A DNA stretch of 64,000 nucleotides from an uncultured Christensenella sp. (GCA_949284695.1 CASDWJ010000005.1:9463-73462); one strand, 5' to 3'; numbered from the stretch's first letter, positions 8,367-18,693 are shown. Notes: generated by a model not told the origin, from the sequence alone. Numbers and translations: made by a program.

Positions 8367-11300
8367 ATGAATTTAAAGAAGATAGAATTTTTCGGTTTTA
8401 AATCCTTTGCGGACAAGCTGGGCGCGGAGTTCGACGACGGCGTCACCGCGATCGTCGGACCCAACGGTTGCGGCAAGAGTAACGTCGTCGACGCGATAAA
8501 ATGGGTGCTCGGAGAACAGGCTCCCAAGGCTCTGCGCGCTTCCAAGATGACCGATATCATTTTCGGAGGAACCGAAAAGAGAAAATCTCTGTCCTACTGC
8601 GAAGTCTCGCTGTATATGGACAATTCCAACAACATTTTCCCCAAATGTCCTTTTGAAGAGGTGATAATTTCCCGCAAGCTGTACAGGAGCGGCCAGAGCG
8701 AATATCTGCTCAACCGCGAGACCGTGAGGCTTGCCGACATACTCGATCTGATACGCGACACCGGTCTCGGCAAGGACGGTTACAGCATAGTCGGACAGGG
8801 CAAGATCGCCGAGATAATGAACACCAAGCCCGAAAACAGGCGCAGTATCTTCGAGGACGCGGCGGGTATACTTACATACAAAAAGCGCAAGCAGGACACC
8901 GAGAACAAGCTCGCGCGCGCCAACGACAACATAGAAAAACTCAAGCTGATAATGGACGGTTACGAGCGTCAGCTCGGTCCGCTCGAAAAGCAGAGCAACG
9001 ACGCGAAAAAATACCTGACTCTGCGCGACAGGCTGAGGGAACTCGAAGTCAGCGACTACATGTACAAGGTCGACAATTCCGAGAGCCAGAAGCGTAAGAT
9101 ACGCGACAAGATAGAGGCGATCGAGCTTCAGATAAAGAACAGACAGGACGATGTCAGGAAAGCGGACGAAGAATACACCGACGCGATGGTGAGGATAAGC
9201 ACGATCGACCAGCAGATAGCGAGACTGCACGACGAGCAGACGAGGCTCGCGGTCGCGGCTGAGAGCGTACGCGGCAAGGGCAACACTCTGACGGAGAGGA
9301 TAAGCAACCTCGTGGAACTGCGCAAGCAGACCGAACAGCGCCTGACCGAACTCGAAAGACAGCTCGAGGACAAGAGCGCAGAGCTTGCCGATTACGTCAA
9401 CCATCTCGGCATGTTTACAGAGGAGAAGGAGGATCTCGACAAGGAGATCGCGGCGACGGACAAGAAATATCTGACGCTTACCGACGAGATCGTGGGCAGA
9501 GAGCGCGACATAGAGGACACCAACCGCGCGCTTCTCGAGGCTATGGAGAGCATAGCGGACATCAGGGCGGACAAGGGTAAGCTGAGCGCGGAGAGAGAGT
9601 CTGTGCTTCAGCGTATAGGAGAGCTCGACGACGAGTGCTCTGCGCTCAAGCTGATGATAGAGCGCGAGGAAGAAAACAAGCGCAAACAGGAAGAAGCGGT
9701 CGCCAAGCTCGAAAAGCAGAAGAACAAGCTCGCGAAGAACAAGAACGACGTCGCGGGCGAAGTTGCCGATCTGCGCGCGAGGATTGATGACAAGCGTCTT
9801 TCGCAGGAAGAACTCGCGGGAGAGATAAGCTCTCTCGACATGAAACACAGGATACTTTCCAACAGCGACACTAAGATCGTCGCCAAGGCGCTTCTCAGGA
9901 TCACGGAGAGCGACCCGCGTTACGAAGGCAGGGTCGAGGGCATGATAGCGTCGATGATAAAAGTGCCCAGAGAATACGAGATCGCGATAGATCTCGCGCT
10001 CGGCGCCGCGTCGCAGAACGTCGTTGTGCGCGACGAAGAAGACGCCAAGGTGCTTATCAGACTACTCAAGGACAGGGATCTCGGCAGAGTCACCTTCCTG
10101 CCGATGACGAGTTACGGCGGCAAGGGGCTCGAGACCTATCAGAAGTCGATACTGCACGAAAAGGGCTGTATCGGCGTAGCCAACGAACTCATTTCTTACG
10201 CGCCCAAGTACGAGAGGATCATGCTCGGGCTTCTGGGCAAGACGGTCGTGTTCGACAACATAGACAACGCAGTCGCCGCGGCGCGTCGCAATGCGTACAG
10301 CGTCAGGATAGTCACTCTCGACGGCGACGTGCTCAACACGAGCGGATCGATATCGGGCGGCGCGAACAAGCGCAGTACGCTTCTGACACAGGAGCGCGAG
10401 ATAAAGACGACCGAAGAAGAACTGCGCAAAAAGAAAAAGGAATATGCAGAACTGCAACAGGAGATCCTCAAGGACAGGGAATATCTTGCGGAACTTCAGG
10501 CTCAGCTCGAAGAATACGAAGAAGAAGTCAAGAACGCAGAAGTCGCCTTTGCGACCGAATCCGAGCGTCTCGACCGCATAGTGAGTAAGATAGACGGCGC
10601 GCTCGCCGACCTCGACAACAAGACAAAGATGCTCGAGATCCTGAGCGGCAAGCTGGAATTTATAGAAGCCAATCTGCTTGACATCGACAAGAGCGTCACC
10701 GACATATCGGGCACGCGCGACAAGCGCGACGAGGCAGACAGGACGAAGGCGGAGTTCGAGGAGAAAAAACGCCTGAGGGACAAGTATTCGAAAGACTTGT
10801 CGGATATGCGCGTGCGCTTAGCGGAAGTCACTTCGGCGATCGGAAAGGTCAGCGAAAACATCACCCGCGTAAAGAGAGAATGTCAGGATCTGACAGAGGA
10901 GATCAACGACTGCAGGGTCAGGATAAAGGACCTCAACGCGCGCATAAGTTTTGCAGAGACCAACCGCGCGGACGCAGTCGTCAGCGAGGAGGACAAGAAG
11001 AAGTATGCCGAAGCTACGGCTAAGATAGAAGAACTCAACGCGCTCAAGGTCACTCTCAACGAGAGGATAGCTTACCTCAACGAGCTCAAGGACGCGCAGG
11101 CAAAAGAGATCACGGCGCTCAGCGAAGCCAAGGTCAGGCAGGACGCCGCGCTCGAAAAGATAGACGACACGATGACCGCGGCGAGGATACATATCGAGGA
11201 GGAGTACGGTCTGACCGACGACGAGATGGCGAGGTACAGGCTGGACGAATTCGATCCGTCCGTTTCGGCGGGAGAAATCGTAAAACTCAAGCGCGAAAAG

Positions 11301-11942
11301 GCGGCGCTCGGCGCGGTCAACCTCGACGCGATAGAGATGTTCAAGGAAATAGGCGCGGAGTACGAGACCAAGAAGGTCGAATACGACGACCTCGTCAAGG
11401 CGAAAGACGACTTCGAGAAGATAATCGCCGACCTCGCGAAACAGATGGAAGAACAGTTCAATACCGAGTTCGCCAAGATAAACGAGAACTTCCAGAAAAT
11501 ATTCGTCGAGCTGTTCGGCGGCGGCAGCGGAAAGCTGGTCATAGAGGACGTCCCCGAGGGCGGAGACAAGCTGGAGGCGGGTATCGAAATATACGTTCAG
11601 CCCCCCGGCAAGAAGCTGATAAGCATGTCGCTGATGAGCGGCGGCGAGAAGGCTCTGACCGCGATCGCGATACTGTTCTCGATACTCAAACTGCGCCCGA
11701 TGCCGTTCGTGGTCCTCGACGAGATAGAGGCGGCGCTCGACGACGCGAACGTCGAGATATTCGCCAAGTACCTCAAGAGGTTCTCGGACAACACGCAGTT
11801 CATAGTCGTCACGCACAGAAAACCGACGATGGAGCTCGCGGACAGGCTTTACGGCGTTACGATGCAGGAGAAGGGCGTCTCCACGATCGTCACCGTCTCG
11901 CTTGCGGAAGCTATCAAACACAGCCGCAAGGACGAAGAATAA
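8367..11942 (+). CDS. smc: Chromosome segregation protein SMC
   Basis: 1191 aa. It has an N-terminal Walker A (GPNGCGKSN), long coiled coils, a hinge, and a C-terminal LSGGEK...VLDEIEAALD. Confidence 0.97.
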   Translation: MNLKKIEFFGFKSFADKLGAEFDDGVTAIVGPNGCGKSNVVDAIKWVLGEQAPKALRASKMTDIIFGGTEKRKSLSYCEVSLYMDNSNNIFPKCPFEEVIISRKLYRSGQSEYLLNRETVRLADILDLIRDTGLGKDGYSIVGQGKIAEIMNTKPENRRSIFEDAAGILTYKKRKQDTENKLARANDNIEKLKLIMDGYERQLGPLEKQSNDAKKYLTLRDRLRELEVSDYMYKVDNSESQKRKIRDKIEAIELQIKNRQDDVRKADEEYTDAMVRISTIDQQIARLHDEQTRLAVAAESVRGKGNTLTERISNLVELRKQTEQRLTELERQLEDKSAELADYVNHLGMFTEEKEDLDKEIAATDKKYLTLTDEIVGRERDIEDTNRALLEAMESIADIRADKGKLSAERESVLQRIGELDDECSALKLMIEREEENKRKQEEAVAKLEKQKNKLAKNKNDVAGEVADLRARIDDKRLSQEELAGEISSLDMKHRILSNSDTKIVAKALLRITESDPRYEGRVEGMIASMIKVPREYEIAIDLALGAASQNVVVRDEEDAKVLIRLLKDRDLGRVTFLPMTSYGGKGLETYQKSILHEKGCIGVANELISYAPKYERIMLGLLGKTVVFDNIDNAVAAARRNAYSVRIVTLDGDVLNTSGSISGGANKRSTLLTQEREIKTTEEELRKKKKEYAELQQEILKDREYLAELQAQLEEYEEEVKNAEVAFATESERLDRIVSKIDGALADLDNKTKMLEILSGKLEFIEANLLDIDKSVTDISGTRDKRDEADRTKAEFEEKKRLRDKYSKDLSDMRVRLAEVTSAIGKVSENITRVKRECQDLTEEINDCRVRIKDLNARISFAETNRADAVVSEEDKKKYAEATAKIEELNALKVTLNERIAYLNELKDAQAKEITALSEAKVRQDAALEKIDDTMTAARIHIEEEYGLTDDEMARYRLDEFDPSVSAGEIVKLKREKAALGAVNLDAIEMFKEIGAEYETKKVEYDDLVKAKDDFEKIIADLAKQMEEQFNTEFAKINENFQKIFVELFGGGSGKLVIEDVPEGGDKLEAGIEIYVQPPGKKLISMSLMSGGEKALTAIAILFSILKLRPMPFVVLDEIEAALDDANVEIFAKYLKRFSDNTQFIVVTHRKPTMELADRLYGVTMQEKGVSTIVTVSLAEAIKHSRKDEE

Positions 11943-11954
11943 AACGGAGGAAAT

Positions 11955-12848
11955 ATGGGCTTTTTCGAAAAACTCAAGGCGGCGCTCCGCCGCACCAAAG
12001 AGGCGTTTGCTAAAAAGATGTACGAGCTTTTCTCGGGCAGAGAACTCGACGACGCCTTTTACGAAGAACTCGAGGACGCGCTGATCAGCGCGGACGTGGG
12101 CTTTACCGCGACCGAGCAGATAATCGACGAGTTCAAAGACGAATGTTTCAAGCGCAAGATCAAAAAACCCGAGGATGCCAAAGAGCTTCTCAAGCAAATA
12201 ATGACAGACGCGATAAATTACGAGATAGAGCCTTATACTTATCCGCTCGTGATTCTCGTCGCGGGGGTCAACGGCGTGGGCAAGACCACGGCGATAGGCA
12301 AACTCGCCAAGTATTTCAAAAACAAGAAAAAATCCGTCGTACTCGCGGCGGCGGACACGTTCAGAGCCGCGGCGGCGGAACAGCTCGAGGTATGGGCAGA
12401 CCGCGCGGGAGTCAGGATAATCCGTCACGAGGAGGGCAGCGACCCCGCGGCGGTGGTCTACGACGCGCTCGCATCCGCCAAGGCGAAGAACACGGACGTA
12501 GTGCTTATCGATACGGCGGGCAGACTGCAGAACAAGAAAAACCTGATGAACGAACTCGCCAAGATCAACAAGGTCGTGGGGAGAGAATACCCGGATTGCG
12601 ATTACCGCACTTATATCGTTATCGACGCGACCACGGGACAGAACGCGCTCCAGCAGGTCGAAGCGTTCGACGAGATAATAGACATGGACGGCATAATCCT
12701 CAACAAACTCGACGGTACCGCAAAGGGCGGAGTGGTCTTTGCGATCTCCGCGGAGAGAGAACTTCCCGTAGTGTACGTAGGCGTGGGCGAGGGAATCGAC
12801 GACATAGAAGAATTCGACGCGGAGGCGTTCATCGACGCGCTGTTCTGA
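11955..12848 (+). CDS. ftsY: Signal recognition particle receptor FtsY
   Basis: 297 aa. SRP GTPase motifs are present: GVNGVGKTT, DTAGR, LNKLDG. Confidence 0.95.
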   Translation: MGFFEKLKAALRRTKEAFAKKMYELFSGRELDDAFYEELEDALISADVGFTATEQIIDEFKDECFKRKIKKPEDAKELLKQIMTDAINYEIEPYTYPLVILVAGVNGVGKTTAIGKLAKYFKNKKKSVVLAAADTFRAAAAEQLEVWADRAGVRIIRHEEGSDPAAVVYDALASAKAKNTDVVLIDTAGRLQNKKNLMNELAKINKVVGREYPDCDYRTYIVIDATTGQNALQQVEAFDEIIDMDGIILNKLDGTAKGGVVFAISAERELPVVYVGVGEGIDDIEEFDAEAFIDALF

Positions 12849-12869
12849 CAAACTTTTTGCAAAATTCGT

Positions 12870-12898
12870 TTGACAAACGTCTTTTGCGGTGCTAATAT
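12870..12898 (+). promoter_or_regulatory. Sigma-A promoter upstream of ylxM-ffh
   Basis: TTGACA (12870-12875), 17 nt, TGcTAATAT (-10 at 12893-12898). Confidence 0.55.
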
Positions 12899-12906
12899 GT
12901 AAAGGC

Positions 12907-12935
12907 AAAATACTTTAACAAGTAAAAATACTTTA
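12907..12935 (+). repeat. Perfect 11-nt direct repeat AAAATACTTTA x2 with an 18-nt period, filling the ylxM 5' UTR
   Basis: Copies lie at 12907-12917 and 12925-12935. No SD is visible before ATG 12944. Confidence 0.6.
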
Positions 12936-12943
12936 CAGCTAAA

Positions 12944-13267
12944 ATGGATAAGAAAGACAAACTGTACGTCGCTCTGTACAACGATTATTACGGCGCTTTG
13001 CTGACAGAGTACCAGAGCGATCTGATATCCCGTTATTACGACATGGATATGTCGCTTTCCGAAATAGCTCAGGATCTGGGCATTTCGCCTCAGGCGGTAA
13101 GGGACGCGCTCGTCAGGGCGCAGAAGACGCTCGAGGAGTACGAAGGCAAACTCGGGATAGCCCGCAAATCCGCAGAGATAACTTCGCTTCTCGAAAAGGC
13201 AAAGACCCTTTCGGGAGAGGAAAAGGACGAGGCGATCGACGCGGCTTTGGAAATATTGAAGCGATAG
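12944..13267 (+). CDS. ylxM: YlxM / UPF0122 putative helix-turn-helix protein
   Basis: 107 aa. ...YYGALLTEYQSDLISRYYDMDMSLSEIAQDLGISPQAVRDAL... is YlxM-like. The position immediately upstream of ffh is conserved. Confidence 0.85.
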   Translation: MDKKDKLYVALYNDYYGALLTEYQSDLISRYYDMDMSLSEIAQDLGISPQAVRDALVRAQKTLEEYEGKLGIARKSAEITSLLEKAKTLSGEEKDEAIDAALEILKR

Positions 13268-13275
13268 GAGAATTT

Positions 13276-14604
13276 ATGGGAGCATTCAGCGGACTCAGCG
13301 AAAGACTTTCGCACATTTTCAGCAAGTTAAAGGACAAGGGCAGGCTGACGGAGCTTGAAGTCAAGCAGGCGATGAGGGAGATCCGCATCGCGCTTCTCGA
13401 AGCGGACGTGAATTACCTCGTGGTCAAGAACTTCATCGCGAGAGTGTCCGAGAAGGCGGTCGGAGAGGACATACTCAAAGGACTCAACCCGACCCAGCAG
13501 GTCATAAAAATCGTCAACGACGAGCTGATCGCGACGATGGGAGGCTCGTTCAGTAAAATAGAGATATCGCCCAAACCGCCCACGATAATACTCATGTGCG
13601 GTCTGCAGGGAAGCGGCAAGACGACGATGTGCGGCAAGCTGGCGGTGATGCTGAGGAAGCAGGGCAAGAATCCGCTTCTGGTCGCATGCGACATATACCG
13701 TCCCGCGGCGATAAAACAGCTACAAGTCGTGGGCAAGAACGCCAACGTGCCCGTGTTCGAAATGGGGCAGGTCGACGTAAAGAAGATAGCAAAAGAAGCG
13801 CTGAAGCAGGCGGCAAGCAACAACAACGACGTCGTTATCGTGGATACTGCGGGCAGACTGCATATCGACGAACAGCTCATGGACGAGATCAAGGGTCTCA
13901 AAGAGCTGCTCAATCCCACAGAAATACTTCTCGTTGTCGACGCGATGACGGGTCAGGACGCGGTCAACGTGTCGCAGAAGTTCAACGAAGTGATGGACGT
14001 GACGGGCGTTGTGCTGACCAAGCTGGACTGCGATACGAGAGGCGGCGCGGCGCTCTCTATAAGAGAGGTTACGGGCAAGCCGATCAAACTGTGCGGTGTG
14101 GGGGAAAAGCTGTCCGATATAGAGGTGTTCCACCCCGAGAGAATGGCTTCGAGGATACTCGGCATGGGCGACGTGCTGACGCTGATAGAAAAGGCGCAGA
14201 GCGCGTATTCTGAAGAAGAAGCCAAGGAAATGCAGCGCAAGATGCGCGAGCGTTCTTTCACTCTCGAGGACTTCCTCGTTCAGTTTGAGAAGATGAAGGA
14301 CATGGGCGATCTCAAGCAGATGGTGTCCATGATACCCGGGCTTGCGGGCAAGCTGGGCGGAGACGTGGAGATCGACGAGGGCAGGATAGAAAAGATGAAA
14401 TCGATCATCTATTCCATGACCCCCAAGGAGAGGCAGAACCCCGACGTCATCAAGTCCTCTCACAAAAAGCGCATAGCGGCGGGAAGCGGTACGACGATAC
14501 AGGACGTCAACTCGTTGCTCAAGCAGTTCTATCAGACCAAAGAGATGATGGGACGCATGGCAAATATGGGAAAGCGCGGTTTTTCGGGCAGATTCCCTTT
14601 CTGA
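13276..14604 (+). CDS. ffh: Signal recognition particle protein Ffh
   Basis: 442 aa. NG domain motifs are present (GLQGSGKTT, DTAGR, TKLD), followed by a Met-rich M domain. Confidence 0.97.
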   Translation: MGAFSGLSERLSHIFSKLKDKGRLTELEVKQAMREIRIALLEADVNYLVVKNFIARVSEKAVGEDILKGLNPTQQVIKIVNDELIATMGGSFSKIEISPKPPTIILMCGLQGSGKTTMCGKLAVMLRKQGKNPLLVACDIYRPAAIKQLQVVGKNANVPVFEMGQVDVKKIAKEALKQAASNNNDVVIVDTAGRLHIDEQLMDEIKGLKELLNPTEILLVVDAMTGQDAVNVSQKFNEVMDVTGVVLTKLDCDTRGGAALSIREVTGKPIKLCGVGEKLSDIEVFHPERMASRILGMGDVLTLIEKAQSAYSEEEAKEMQRKMRERSFTLEDFLVQFEKMKDMGDLKQMVSMIPGLAGKLGGDVEIDEGRIEKMKSIIYSMTPKERQNPDVIKSSHKKRIAAGSGTTIQDVNSLLKQFYQTKEMMGRMANMGKRGFSGRFPF

Positions 14605-14661
14605 CAGACAAAAAACAAAATCACATACATTTTACAGCCGCAAGGCAAAAGGAGAAATAAT

Positions 14662-14901
14662 ATGGCAGTTAAACTCAGACTCACCAGAATGGGCGCAAAA
14701 AAAGCACCTTTCTACCGCATCGTAGCTATCGACGAAAGAAAGGCGAGAGACGGACAGTACCTCGAGAACGTAGGCACCTACAATCCCGCTACCGACGAAG
14801 TAGTCGTCAAGAGCGACCGCGCTCTCTACTGGCTCGGCGTAGGCGCTCAGCCCACCGATACCGTCAGAGCGTTGCTCAAGAAGAAAGAGATCATTAAGTA
14901 A
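14662..14901 (+). CDS. rpsP: 30S ribosomal protein S16
   Basis: 79 aa, [22 protein letters not shown]... Confidence 0.95.
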   Translation: MAVKLRLTRMGAKKAPFYRIVAIDERKARDGQYLENVGTYNPATDEVVVKSDRALYWLGVGAQPTDTVRALLKKKEIIK

Positions 14902-14910
14902 GGCGTCGAT

Positions 14911-15144
14911 ATGGAAGAACTTGTCAGATACATTGTCGGCGAACTGGTCGACAACAAGGACGCGTACACCGTCGAAAGCTCGGAGCAGGACGGCATCACC
15001 GTGATCAACATCATCGCCGACAAGGACGAGATCGGCAAGATCATCGGCAAGCAGGGACGCATCGCCAAGTCTATCCGCACGCTGGTCAAGGCGGCTGCGG
15101 GCAGCAATGCGAAGAAGATATCCGTCGAGATCATCGAGAGATAA
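14911..15144 (+). CDS. khpA: KH-domain RNA-binding protein (YlqC/KhpA family)
   Basis: 77 aa with the KH motif IGKIIGKQGRIAKSIR. The position between rpsP and rimM is conserved. Confidence 0.85.
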   Translation: MEELVRYIVGELVDNKDAYTVESSEQDGITVINIIADKDEIGKIIGKQGRIAKSIRTLVKAAAGSNAKKISVEIIER

Positions 15145-15653
15145 TGACCTGCGATAAAATTACGATAGGAGAGGTCGCAAGACCTCACGGGGTCGGAGGG
15201 GCGCTCAAGGTCAACCCTCTGACCGACGACGTGCGTCGTTTTGAAAAACTGAAAAGCGTTTTCGCAGGCGGCAGAGAATATGCCGTCCTGCACGCCTCGG
15301 TTTCGCAAAGCGGCGTTTTTTTGACTCTCGAGGGAGTTACTGACAGAGACGCGGCAGAAGCGTTCAGAGGCAAAAGCCTTCAGGTCGCGCGCGAGGACGC
15401 GTGCGTGGCAAAAGACAGGATACTCATTGTGGATGTGCTGGGCTGCTCGGTCTTTTTCGAGGACGGGGAGAAGGTCGGCGAAATAGTCGACGTGCTCTCT
15501 CACGGAGCGGCTGACGTATGGGTGACGAAAAGCGGAAAAAAACAGATACTTTTCCCCGCTCTCGCACGCATTTTTGTCAGCGAGGATTACGAAAACAAGA
15601 AAATAGTCGTCGATCGCAAGGCTTTCGACGAAGTGGCTGTTTATGAAGATTAA
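15144..15653 (+). CDS. rimM: 16S rRNA processing protein RimM
   Basis: 169 aa. ...IGEVARPHGVGGALKV... is RimM-typical. The start overlaps the khpA stop (TAATG). Confidence 0.9.
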   Translation: MTCDKITIGEVARPHGVGGALKVNPLTDDVRRFEKLKSVFAGGREYAVLHASVSQSGVFLTLEGVTDRDAAEAFRGKSLQVAREDACVAKDRILIVDVLGCSVFFEDGEKVGEIVDVLSHGAADVWVTKSGKKQILFPALARIFVSEDYENKKIVVDRKAFDEVAVYED

Positions 15654-16383
15654 GGTCGCGACCCTTTTTCCCGAGTCTTTCGACTGTATGCACGTGGGCA
15701 TCATCGGCAGGGCGATAGAGAAAGGGATTTTAGAACTCGAATGCGTGAATATCAGGGATTATTCCAAGGATAAGCACCGCAAGACCGACGACGCTCCTTT
15801 CGGGGGCGGCGCGGGTATGGTTATGACCGTTCAGCCGCTGCACGACTGCGTCAACGCGATAGATCCCGACCGCGAATACAGGCGCATTTATATGTCTCCG
15901 AGAGGCGCGACCCTTTGCCAGCAAAAGGTCGTGGAACTCAGCAAGGCAGACAAACTCCTGTTCGTATGCGGAAGTTACGAGGGAGTGGACGAGAGATTCA
16001 TAGAGCTGGATATAGACGAAGAACTCTCGATAGGGGATTATGTTCTGACGGGCGGAGAGTTGCCGTGCATGGTCACGGTCAACGCTATCGCGAGATACGT
16101 GGACGGCGTGCTGGGCAGCGAGCAATCCGTCGAGGAGGAGAGCTTTTCACAAGGACTTCTCGAATATCCGCAGTACACCCGTCCGGCGGTTTTTGAAGGA
16201 CTCGGCGTGCCCGAAGTGCTTCTTTCGGGCGATCATGCCAAAGTTGCGGCATGGAGACGGGAAAAGCAGTTGGAAATCACGCGCGAAAGACGTCCCGATA
16301 TGTACGAAAAGATAAGACCGCTGATAGAAGCCGAGGCGGCAAAACGCGCTAAAAAAAGAAAAAACGGAGGAAAAAAAGGATGA
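15643..16383 (+). CDS. trmD: tRNA (guanine37-N1)-methyltransferase
   Basis: 246 aa. MKIKVATLFPE...DDAPFGGGAGMVM...GSYEGVDER...LTGGELP is TrmD-typical. Confidence 0.95.
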   Translation: MKIKVATLFPESFDCMHVGIIGRAIEKGILELECVNIRDYSKDKHRKTDDAPFGGGAGMVMTVQPLHDCVNAIDPDREYRRIYMSPRGATLCQQKVVELSKADKLLFVCGSYEGVDERFIELDIDEELSIGDYVLTGGELPCMVTVNAIARYVDGVLGSEQSVEEESFSQGLLEYPQYTRPAVFEGLGVPEVLLSGDHAKVAAWRREKQLEITRERRPDMYEKIRPLIEAEAAKRAKKRKNGGKKG

Positions 16384-16676
16384 CAAAGTCTCTGATTGAC
16401 GTGTTGCTCGATCCCGAGGACGGCAGCGATCTGACCTTCTATGACGAAGAAGGCAAGGCAGTGGAAATGGCGCAGGTAGCCGTGATACCTTATGACGGCG
16501 ACGTCTATGCGATACTCGCGCCCAAAGAGCTTCTCGCAGACGACGATCCCAACGTCGCAATGGTCTACAAAGTCGACGGCGACAATATAAAACTCGTCGA
16601 GGACGACGAGACCGCTGATACGGTCTTCGACCTCTACGACGCGCTCTACGAGGAGCAGACGAAGAAGAAAAAATAA
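16380..16676 (+). CDS. DUF1292-family small acidic protein
   Basis: 98 aa and acidic. The ...TFYDEEGKAVEMAQVAVIPYDGDVYAILAP... pattern is typical of DUF1292. There is an ATGA overlap with trmD. Confidence 0.65.
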   Translation: MTKSLIDVLLDPEDGSDLTFYDEEGKAVEMAQVAVIPYDGDVYAILAPKELLADDDPNVAMVYKVDGDNIKLVEDDETADTVFDLYDALYEEQTKKKK

Positions 16677-16710
16677 TCCCGCAAAGAGCGGCAATCAAAG
16701 GAGAAAAACG

Positions 16711-17559
16711 GTGAGGATACAGTGGTTCCCGGGTCACATGACCAAAGCCCTCAGAATGATGCAGGACGAACTGAGGCAGGTGGATTGCATAATCTACGTG
16801 CTGGACGCCCGCGCCGTTTTTTCCTGTATCAACCCGAAGTTTGACGCACTGACGGGCAGAAAACCCGTGCTTTACGTGATCAACAAATGCGATCTCGTGG
16901 AGAAAACCGACGTCGACAAATGGCTGAAATACTTTGAGGAGAGGGGCGAAAAGTGCGTCGCCGCAGACAGTCTCAACGGCAGACAACGCGACGCGATAGT
17001 CAGACTTCTCAAACAGCTCAACGCGGACGTGATAGAAAAATACCGCAATAAAGGCGCAAAAAAGAGCGTGCGAGCGATGGTCGTCGGCGTGCCGAATACC
17101 GGCAAATCCACGTTCATAAACAATCTGTGCGGCAGCAGAAAGACAGTGACAGGCAACAGGGCGGGCGTTACGCGGGGCAAACAGTGGGTCTCGCTTGCCG
17201 AAGGGGTGGAACTTCTCGATACCCCCGGCAGTCTGCCTCCCGCGTTCGAGGACGAAAAGCGCGCGCTTCATCTCGCTTTTATCGGCAGCGTCAAGGACGA
17301 CGTGCTCGATCTTGAAGAACTCGCTGCAGAGATGATCGCGTACTTTACAAAACATCATACGGACGCTTTTCTTGCGCGCTACGGTCTGGACGCGATACCA
17401 TTGGACATCGAGGAAAGATTTCTTGCGGTGGCAAAGGCAAGAGGTTTTATGCTTGCGGGCGGAAGAATAGATTACGCGCGTACCGCAAGGGCAGTGGTCG
17501 ACGACTTCCGCAAACAGAAATTCGGCAGAATAATGCTCGATCTACCGGAGGAAATATGA
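16711..17559 (+). CDS. rbgA: Ribosome biogenesis GTPase A (YlqF/RbgA)
   Basis: 282 aa. MRIQWFPGHMTKA and the circularly permuted GTPase motifs (NKCDL, GVPNTGKST, DTPG) are present. The GTG start lies 7 nt after AGGAG. Confidence 0.9.
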   Translation: MRIQWFPGHMTKALRMMQDELRQVDCIIYVLDARAVFSCINPKFDALTGRKPVLYVINKCDLVEKTDVDKWLKYFEERGEKCVAADSLNGRQRDAIVRLLKQLNADVIEKYRNKGAKKSVRAMVVGVPNTGKSTFINNLCGSRKTVTGNRAGVTRGKQWVSLAEGVELLDTPGSLPPAFEDEKRALHLAFIGSVKDDVLDLEELAAEMIAYFTKHHTDAFLARYGLDAIPLDIEERFLAVAKARGFMLAGGRIDYARTARAVVDDFRKQKFGRIMLDLPEEI

Positions 17560-18170
17560 AAAAAGCCGTAGAAATGCTGGATTTTGAGAGAGAATACACG
17601 GCAAAAGGCTTCAGTGCGATATGCGGCATGGACGAGGTGGGCAGAGGACCTCTCGCAGGTCCCGTGGTCGTATGCGCTCTCGTCATGCCTCTTGACGAGG
17701 ACAAGCTGATAGACGGCGTGGACGACAGCAAAAAACTGACAGAAAAGAGGAGAGAGGCTCTTTACGACAAGATACTCGCGGTCGCAAAGGCAGTGGCGAT
17801 AGTCAGGGTCGAGCCTGAAGAAATAGACGAAATAAACATTCTCGAAGCGACCAAAAAGGCGATGAGAAAGGCTGTCTACGAGATAAAGGACAAGACCGAT
17901 CTCGCCTTCGTCGACGCGGTAAAACTCGATCTTCCCGTGCCCGAAGTCGCGATCATCAAGGGCGACGCCAAGAGTTATAACATCGCGGCGGCGTCGATAA
18001 TCGCCAAGGTGTACAGAGACCGCATAATGCGCGAATACGCAGAGATATACCCCGAGTACGACTTCGCGTCCAACAAGGGTTACGGCACGGCAAAGCACAT
18101 CGCGGCGCTGAAAGAGTTCGGCGCAACGCCCGTACACAGGCGCAGCTTTATAAAGAATTTTGTGCAATGA
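17556..18170 (+). CDS. rnhB: Ribonuclease HII
   Basis: 204 aa. ...CGMDEVGRGPLAGPVV...DSKKL... is RNase HII-typical. Confidence 0.93.
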   Translation: MKKAVEMLDFEREYTAKGFSAICGMDEVGRGPLAGPVVVCALVMPLDEDKLIDGVDDSKKLTEKRREALYDKILAVAKAVAIVRVEPEEIDEINILEATKKAMRKAVYEIKDKTDLAFVDAVKLDLPVPEVAIIKGDAKSYNIAAASIIAKVYRDRIMREYAEIYPEYDFASNKGYGTAKHIAALKEFGATPVHRRSFIKNFVQ

Positions 18171-18529
18171 ACAACAGAAAAACGGCGATAGAGGGCGAAA
18201 ACGCCGCCTGCGAATATCTTAAAAGAAAGGGATACGAGATAATAGAACGCAACTATTCCTGCCCTGTCGGGGAGATAGACGTGATCGCGAAAGACAAGGG
18301 AGTCGTCGTGTTCGTTGAGGTAAAGTCGAGAAACGGCACCGACTTCGGCGTGCCCGAGGAAAGCGTGGACCTGCGCAAGAGAAAGAAGATAATATTGACC
18401 GCGCGGTACTGGGCGGGCGCGCACGGGCGCGAATGTGCAAAAGGTTTCAGATTCGACGTGATCAGCGTTCTTCGCGGAGAGGTAAGGCATATCGTCAACG
18501 CCTTCGACGCTTCGGGGAAAGCGTGGTGA
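18167..18529 (+). CDS. yraN: YraN family endonuclease (UPF0102)
   Basis: 120 aa. ...GENAACEYLKRKGYEIIERNYSCPVGEIDVIA...VVFVEVKSR... is YraN-typical. Confidence 0.85.
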   Translation: MNNRKTAIEGENAACEYLKRKGYEIIERNYSCPVGEIDVIAKDKGVVVFVEVKSRNGTDFGVPEESVDLRKRKKIILTARYWAGAHGRECAKGFRFDVISVLRGEVRHIVNAFDASGKAW

Positions 18530-18693
18530 CGAACACGTCCATATCCGGAGCGGAACGTGGAACACGGGCGAACGAAAAGCGAAAAAGAACGGCGCAACAA
18601 GCATTTACGGCAAATGAAAACCGCTTTCCGTGTGCGTAAAACGCGCGATATGCGTCAAAATGCTAATTTTTGAGAAAAACAACGGAAAAACGC

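Noticed and set aside
12143-12895. Same-strand, out-of-frame Arg/Gly/Gln-rich ORFs. Examples are 12143-12895, 13596-14213, 31872-32621, 29620-30159, 25825-26385 and 247-792.
   Set aside because: They are embedded in an alternative frame of well-supported genes (ftsY, ffh, aspS, hisS, topA, ylbJ antisense). They have extreme low-complexity basic composition and no SD.
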